This document shows positions 59,812 through 64,000 of a DNA stretch of 64,000 nucleotides, one piece after another (the stretch's first letter is position 1; each line of letters opens with the position of its first letter). Made by a program: the position numbers and the translations under genes. Under the pieces are notes generated by a model. The model had not been told where the DNA came from. It saw only the letters and a program-made list of their open reading frames with translations, and did not search any database. The stretch is from Candidatus Moraniibacteriota bacterium (lineage in GTDB: Bacteria > Patescibacteriota > Minisyncoccia > Moranbacterales > UBA1568). The DNA is taken from the NCBI GenBank assembly GCA_016699875.1, contig CP064989.1:328788-392787 (forward strand), written 5' to 3'.

Positions 59812-60165
59812 TTAGCGTTGCGTGTCATCATAAGCATTGGTTATAGCATCAATGGTTTGCACATTTTCCTTTGCTGCATTCGTTTCACCATCAGCTTCGT
59901 TATCGAGCGCCGATGTATCAGAATCATTCTTCAAAATATCATCGACCACAGCATCCGGAGTCCCGGGAGTCACATCGGAATCCTGCATTATCTCTCCCCT
60001 CATAGCAGAATCGCCTGGTGCGGACGGTGGCTCAGGAGGCATCATCGTCGGCGCTCCATTCATCGGGACGACCCGCTGACCGGAAAACTGCCGATAAATA
60101 AACGCAAATGCTACAACCAAAAAACCGACACCGATAGCAACGGCAATTTTTTGTTTTTCTGTCAT
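59812..60165 (-). CDS. Small membrane-anchored acidic protein
   Basis: N-terminal TM 'IAVAIGVGFLVVAFAFIY', overlaps start of downstream coiled-coil gene by 26 bp (possible operon). Confidence 0.3.
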   Translation of the reverse strand: MTEKQKIAVAIGVGFLVVAFAFIYRQFSGQRVVPMNGAPTMMPPEPPSAPGDSAMRGEIMQDSDVTPGTPDAVVDDILKNDSDTSALDNEADGETNAAKENVQTIDAITNAYDDTQR

Positions 60166-60315
60166 AAAGACATCAACTCAAAGAGTTAACAATATTTCTA
60201 TTGTATCACGATATTTCAAGAAAGAAAAAACGGTTTACACTCGATGGCTTTCACCGAGAATGTAAACCGCACTAGAAAATATCGGGACACAATTATCCCG
60301 AGGACTCCTCTTCAT

Positions 60316-61605
60316 TCAATGCATTCTCCGCTGAAACAGATCTCGAAATACCGGATAAATATCGGCAGGACTGTCAATCTGCCGCATCGCGAAATTCGGA
60401 TGTTGTTCTTTCACTTCCTCGTATGCCTCCCAGAGAGTCTGATGGCGATCCGGCGTTATTTCAATATACGCGTAGTAGCGTACAAACGGTACGATTTCCT
60501 TGAGGAGGATATCTCTGCAATGAGGCGAGTCATGATTCCAATTGTCGCCATCCGATGCTTGCGCTACATAGATATTCCAACTACCCGCCGGATAGCGATC
60601 CGACATGATTTCGCACATCAATTCAAGCGCGCTGGATACAACTGTGCCACCTGTCTCCCTCTCATGGAAGAAAGTGTGTTCATCAACTTCCTTTGCTACC
60701 GCATGATGGCGAATAAAAACCACATCGATTTTTTCATAGTTCCTCTTCAAGAAAAGATGGAGCAAAATAAAGAATCGCTTCGCCAAGTCCTTTCGTGCCG
60801 CATCCATCGACCCAGACACATCCATGATACAAAACATCACCGCCTGTGAAGATGGTTGTGGCTGCTTCACCCTGTTAGTGTAACGCAGATCGAACGTATC
60901 GATAAACGGCACAGCCCGAAGCCTGGCTTGCTCGCGAGAAAGCTCCTTCAGGAGAGCCTGAACGAGAGAAGAACTCTCCGGTACGCCGTTTTCGCGAAAA
61001 CATTCGAGAACCTCTTCGATTTCCGCGATGCGTCGCTTGTGCGGATTGCCAAGCGCCATGCGTCGAGCCATCGCGCCTCGAAGAGATCGGACAATATCGA
61101 TATTCGACGGATTCCCCGCACTGCTAAACCCGGCGCGAACCGATTTGAACTCCGTCAGTTTGGCAAGCTGTGTCCGGACAAGGTTGGGCAACTCCAAATC
61201 CTCAAAGAACAGATCCAGAAACTCCTCCCGCGACAGCTCAAAAACAAAATCATCTTCGCCCACACCTTGATCACTTGCCGATCCGCTACCGGACCCGTTG
61301 CCACCACCCCCACCCTTCGGGCGCGCCATCCTGTCCCCCGGTACAAACTCTTTGTTGCCCGGGCGGATCACCTCGCGTCTTCCGCCAGGACCGTGCCTAA
61401 ATTGCGGCTCGGACAAATCGCGAGCAGGAATGTTCACCTTTTCGCCATTGTCAACATTGGTAATACTCCGACCTCCCAGGGCTTTAGTCACTGCCTTCTT
61501 GATCTGAGTCTTGAATCGCCGAATGAATCGCTGTCGATTCACCGTGCTCTTGTTCTTCCCATCCAACCGCCGATCGATAAGTTGCGCCATCTCACACCTC
61601 CGCAC
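60316..61605 (-). CDS. yeaH: YeaH/YhbH family protein (DUF444, vWA-like)
   Basis: N-terminus '[27 protein letters not shown]...[13 protein letters not shown]...GGGGGNGSG...[25 protein letters not shown]' closely matches E. coli YeaH. Confidence 0.8.
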   Translation of the reverse strand: MRRCEMAQLIDRRLDGKNKSTVNRQRFIRRFKTQIKKAVTKALGGRSITNVDNGEKVNIPARDLSEPQFRHGPGGRREVIRPGNKEFVPGDRMARPKGGGGGNGSGSGSASDQGVGEDDFVFELSREEFLDLFFEDLELPNLVRTQLAKLTEFKSVRAGFSSAGNPSNIDIVRSLRGAMARRMALGNPHKRRIAEIEEVLECFRENGVPESSSLVQALLKELSREQARLRAVPFIDTFDLRYTNRVKQPQPSSQAVMFCIMDVSGSMDAARKDLAKRFFILLHLFLKRNYEKIDVVFIRHHAVAKEVDEHTFFHERETGGTVVSSALELMCEIMSDRYPAGSWNIYVAQASDGDNWNHDSPHCRDILLKEIVPFVRYYAYIEITPDRHQTLWEAYEEVKEQHPNFAMRQIDSPADIYPVFRDLFQRRMH

Positions 61606-61898
61606 TTCTCAATTTTTTAAAAAACTCCCCGCCGCCTCATATGCGACCGGGTTCTCTTTTCGCATTCCGTTTACCACTCCTCTTACTATTCCCTTTTTCA
61701 CAAAGAGATCTGCCAACCAAACTGCGCCAACCTTGCCTCCATAGAAGCTTCATCGGAGAAACAGATCTGCGCGGTATGCTTTTCTCTCTGTACGATACTT
61801 TTGTATCACATTTTATAATAAAACACAAGGACTGCCACTATAAGTAGTGGCAGTCCCGAACAAATACAGAAGAATAATGCTGGAAAGCCAAGAGATCC

Positions 61899-63212
61899 CT
61901 ACCGGCGTCTTCGCCCGGAAGATGCGAATGACCGCGACGACGAACCGCGAGAGTCGACTTCGGTACTGTCAACAAAAGTAAAAGCGTGACCGATTTTCGA
62001 GCCGCGACCGGTTCGGCCGATGCGATGGATATAGTCTTCGTACGTCATCGGAAGATCGTAGTTGATCACATGCGTGACGCCATCAATATCGAGTCCACGA
62101 GCCGCAACATCGGTCGCCACCAAAATACGAACATGGTCGTCACGAAACTTTGCAAGTGAGCGCTCTCGCTGTCCTTGCGACAAATCACCATGAATCGCCC
62201 CCGTCTTGAACCCGCGATCAAAAAGCGTCCGAGCAAGTTTTTCCGCGCCATGTTTCGTCTTGCTGAATACGAGCACTTTCCGAAACGTTTCCTGGAGGAG
62301 CATCTCATGAAGCCGCTCGATTTTCTCTTCGCGACCATTCACATGTACGACATCCTGATTGACATTCTCCGACGTCGCGCGCGATTTGACAAACACCGTC
62401 ACCGGATTGGTAAGAAATGATTTGGCAATCTCGCGGACACCCGCTTCCATCGTCGCCGAGAAAAAGAGTGACTGCCGCTCTTTCTTCACGAGTGACAAAA
62501 TATGCTTGATATCCCGCACAAATCCCATATCAAGCATACGGTCGACCTCGTCGAGCACGATATTGTTCACGCCTGATATGTCGAGAAGCCGCCGTTCGAT
62601 CAAATCCTTGATACGACCCGGCGTCCCGATAATAAAGTTTGGACGCGCACGCAGATCGCGCACCTGCGAGTGCATGTGCGCCCCGCCGATCACAACCGCA
62701 GACCGAAGTCCTGATCCCTTGGAAAACGCGAGAAATTCCACCTGAATCTGGAGCGCGAGCTCGCGTGTTGGGACGAGAATAAGCGCAAATTCATACTTCG
62801 ACGCATGGAATATTTTATTGATAAGTGGAATAAGAAATGCCGCTGTCTTTCCCGTTCCGGTATTCGCGATACCAATCACATCACGCCCGGAAAGAACAAA
62901 TGGTATCGCCGAATCCTGAATCGGCGTCGGATTTTCAAAATTCCGATCGGCAATTATTTTCTTCAATTTCTCATGTATGGAAAAATCCGAAAACGAATGT
63001 TCCGGCTGAAAGGTTTCCGTCTCCGCAGAGACAACGGCCTTTTTTACAAATTGTGAAATATCAAAATTTCTCTCAAGCGACGATTTCCCTCGACCGCCCT
63101 TTTTGGTCACGCGTTTCGGCGCGCTCCACTTCGGTCGCGAAGTATGCGATCGAAAACTTCTCTCCTGAAACATAGGCAAACTCTCTAATAAATTATGTCC
63201 CGTTTTGCGCAC
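61899..63212 (-). CDS. DEAD-box ATP-dependent RNA helicase
   Basis: Q-motif 'FENPTPIQ', 'ANTGTGKTAAF', 'VLDEVDRMLDMGF' (DEVD variant), 'SAT', 'HRIGRTGRG'. Confidence 0.85.
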   Translation of the reverse strand: MRKTGHNLLESLPMFQERSFRSHTSRPKWSAPKRVTKKGGRGKSSLERNFDISQFVKKAVVSAETETFQPEHSFSDFSIHEKLKKIIADRNFENPTPIQDSAIPFVLSGRDVIGIANTGTGKTAAFLIPLINKIFHASKYEFALILVPTRELALQIQVEFLAFSKGSGLRSAVVIGGAHMHSQVRDLRARPNFIIGTPGRIKDLIERRLLDISGVNNIVLDEVDRMLDMGFVRDIKHILSLVKKERQSLFFSATMEAGVREIAKSFLTNPVTVFVKSRATSENVNQDVVHVNGREEKIERLHEMLLQETFRKVLVFSKTKHGAEKLARTLFDRGFKTGAIHGDLSQGQRERSLAKFRDDHVRILVATDVAARGLDIDGVTHVINYDLPMTYEDYIHRIGRTGRGSKIGHAFTFVDSTEVDSRGSSSRSFASSGRRRR

Positions 63213-63607
63213 GCTTCATTTCGAAAAACGAAGCGTGCCAAACAAAAACGGAATCCTCCGAAAAGGATCCCTCGAACATACGAACAGAGAGCGCCGTTTC
63301 AGATGATGATGTGTAGCCTCGCTGCACTTTTCTTCCCTTGCGCGACGTCGTTCAAATATGACGCCTGTGTCTTTCAGTGGGAAATTGATTTCCCAAGACT
63401 CTGCACAGCGAGAAACATGCTGCGAGGAAACTTCTTTTGGACCAGACTCGAAAACCCTTCCGAGAAAAAAGCTTCTACCGTATTCGAAACCGACATACCG
63501 GACCTTATCGCATCCCAAAAATACTACTGACGGATCGAAAGGAAAAGAATGCCGGAAAACCGAATAGGCACTACAACGCCCAATAATAGCAGATTATGTA
63601 CATGACG

Positions 63608-64000
63608 TCAAGACCCGAGCTCGATAGCTTCAGACAATGGCTTATCTGAAGCTTTATCAGAAGATTGACCAGAAAATTCTCGCGCGATCTCAGCAATCGT
63701 CTCTCGCATAAGAAGAAGACTCTGATCATCAAGTATAGAGAGCGTAAGCACTTTCGAATTCTTCCGCGAAAGCGCTTTTGCAACCTTCGCCACCAACTCG
63801 GGAATTCGCTCATCGGCGCGCGACACCACTATCCACTCCGGCTTCTCAAGAAGCTTCGGATTGTACCGTTTGAGTTCCCGGCGAATATTCATGTAGTCCG
63901 TCACCGGCGTCTTGCTATCCGCTGCAACAAGGTGGAACAACACCCTCGTCCGCTCGATATGCTGCAAAAACTTGTGCCCCAAACCCTTCCCTTTCGAAGC
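63608..64000 (-). CDS. obg: GTPase Obg, C-terminal part (gene continues beyond window end)
   Basis: 'FLQHIERTRVLFHLVAAD...KPEWIVVSRAD' matches Obg G-domain switch/G4 region. Confidence 0.7.
   Translation of the reverse strand, partial: ASKGKGLGHKFLQHIERTRVLFHLVAADSKTPVTDYMNIRRELKRYNPKLLEKPEWIVVSRADERIPELVAKVAKALSRKNSKVLTLSILDDQSLLLMRETIAEIAREFSGQSSDKASDKPLSEAIELGS

Larger units (their letters stand above)
58020..59837 (-). pseudogene. Secreted Ala-rich coiled-coil protein gene interrupted near its 3' end by IS copy 2
   Basis: 59837..59081 encodes signal peptide + repeats '...FKVAVDAAFATAK...'; after the IS, ORF 58211..58020 continues similar repeats 'FKLALEQARADLKAAFG'. Confidence 0.45.

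Noticed and set aside
1-64000. CRISPR arrays or cas genes
   Set aside because: No regularly spaced direct repeats with unique spacers were seen. The only short dispersed repeats are the 24-bp palindromic units and the IS termini.

Overview
This 64 kb window reads as a chromosomal segment from an uncultivated, CPR/Patescibacteria-like bacterium. The call rests on the many giant secreted repeat proteins, the compact housekeeping genes and the absence of rRNA.

The left ~15 kb (1..~15480) is an AT-rich accessory region that ends at a tRNA-Ser. It carries a phage-derived module: a terminase large subunit, a translationally coupled UvrD-like SF1 helicase plus Abi_C/HEPN (AbiJ-like) protein, a large serine recombinase, hairpin-rich att-like DNA and an Ltp-family superinfection-exclusion protein. 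Next to it is a YegD-like Hsp70-family gene split by an IS5-family (IS1031/ISL2-like) element with 3-bp TNA target duplications. A second copy of that element sits at 58.2-59.1 kb inside another gene. The accessory region also holds a tight locus of two radical SAM enzymes (B12-binding and SPASM/twitch-type) with a P-loop kinase-like gene, a Nudix hydrolase and a processive GT2.

The rest of the window is core-like. Recognisable genes are an RRM protein, L,D-transpeptidase, MscS, CsaA-like tRNA-binding protein, RecG, BipA/TypA, a PAS histidine kinase with a response regulator, and a MacB/FtsX-type ABC transporter. Further along are SmpB, tmRNA, infC, rpmI and rplT, then Lgt, MutY, a GGDEF protein, MnmA, YeaH (DUF444), a DEAD-box helicase and a partial Obg. 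Two tRNA-Ser, one tRNA-Arg and the tmRNA are identifiable directly from the sequence.

Other notable items are a 1988-aa beta-propeller-like repeat protein built from ~150-bp tandem DNA repeats, a secreted protein with four TSP1-like Cys/Trp repeats, and two pairs of 24-bp palindromic (REP/RPE-like) units, one of which appears to be read through in-frame inside an O-antigen-ligase-like gene.

All functional calls are motif-level inferences from the translated ORFs. No database searches were possible.
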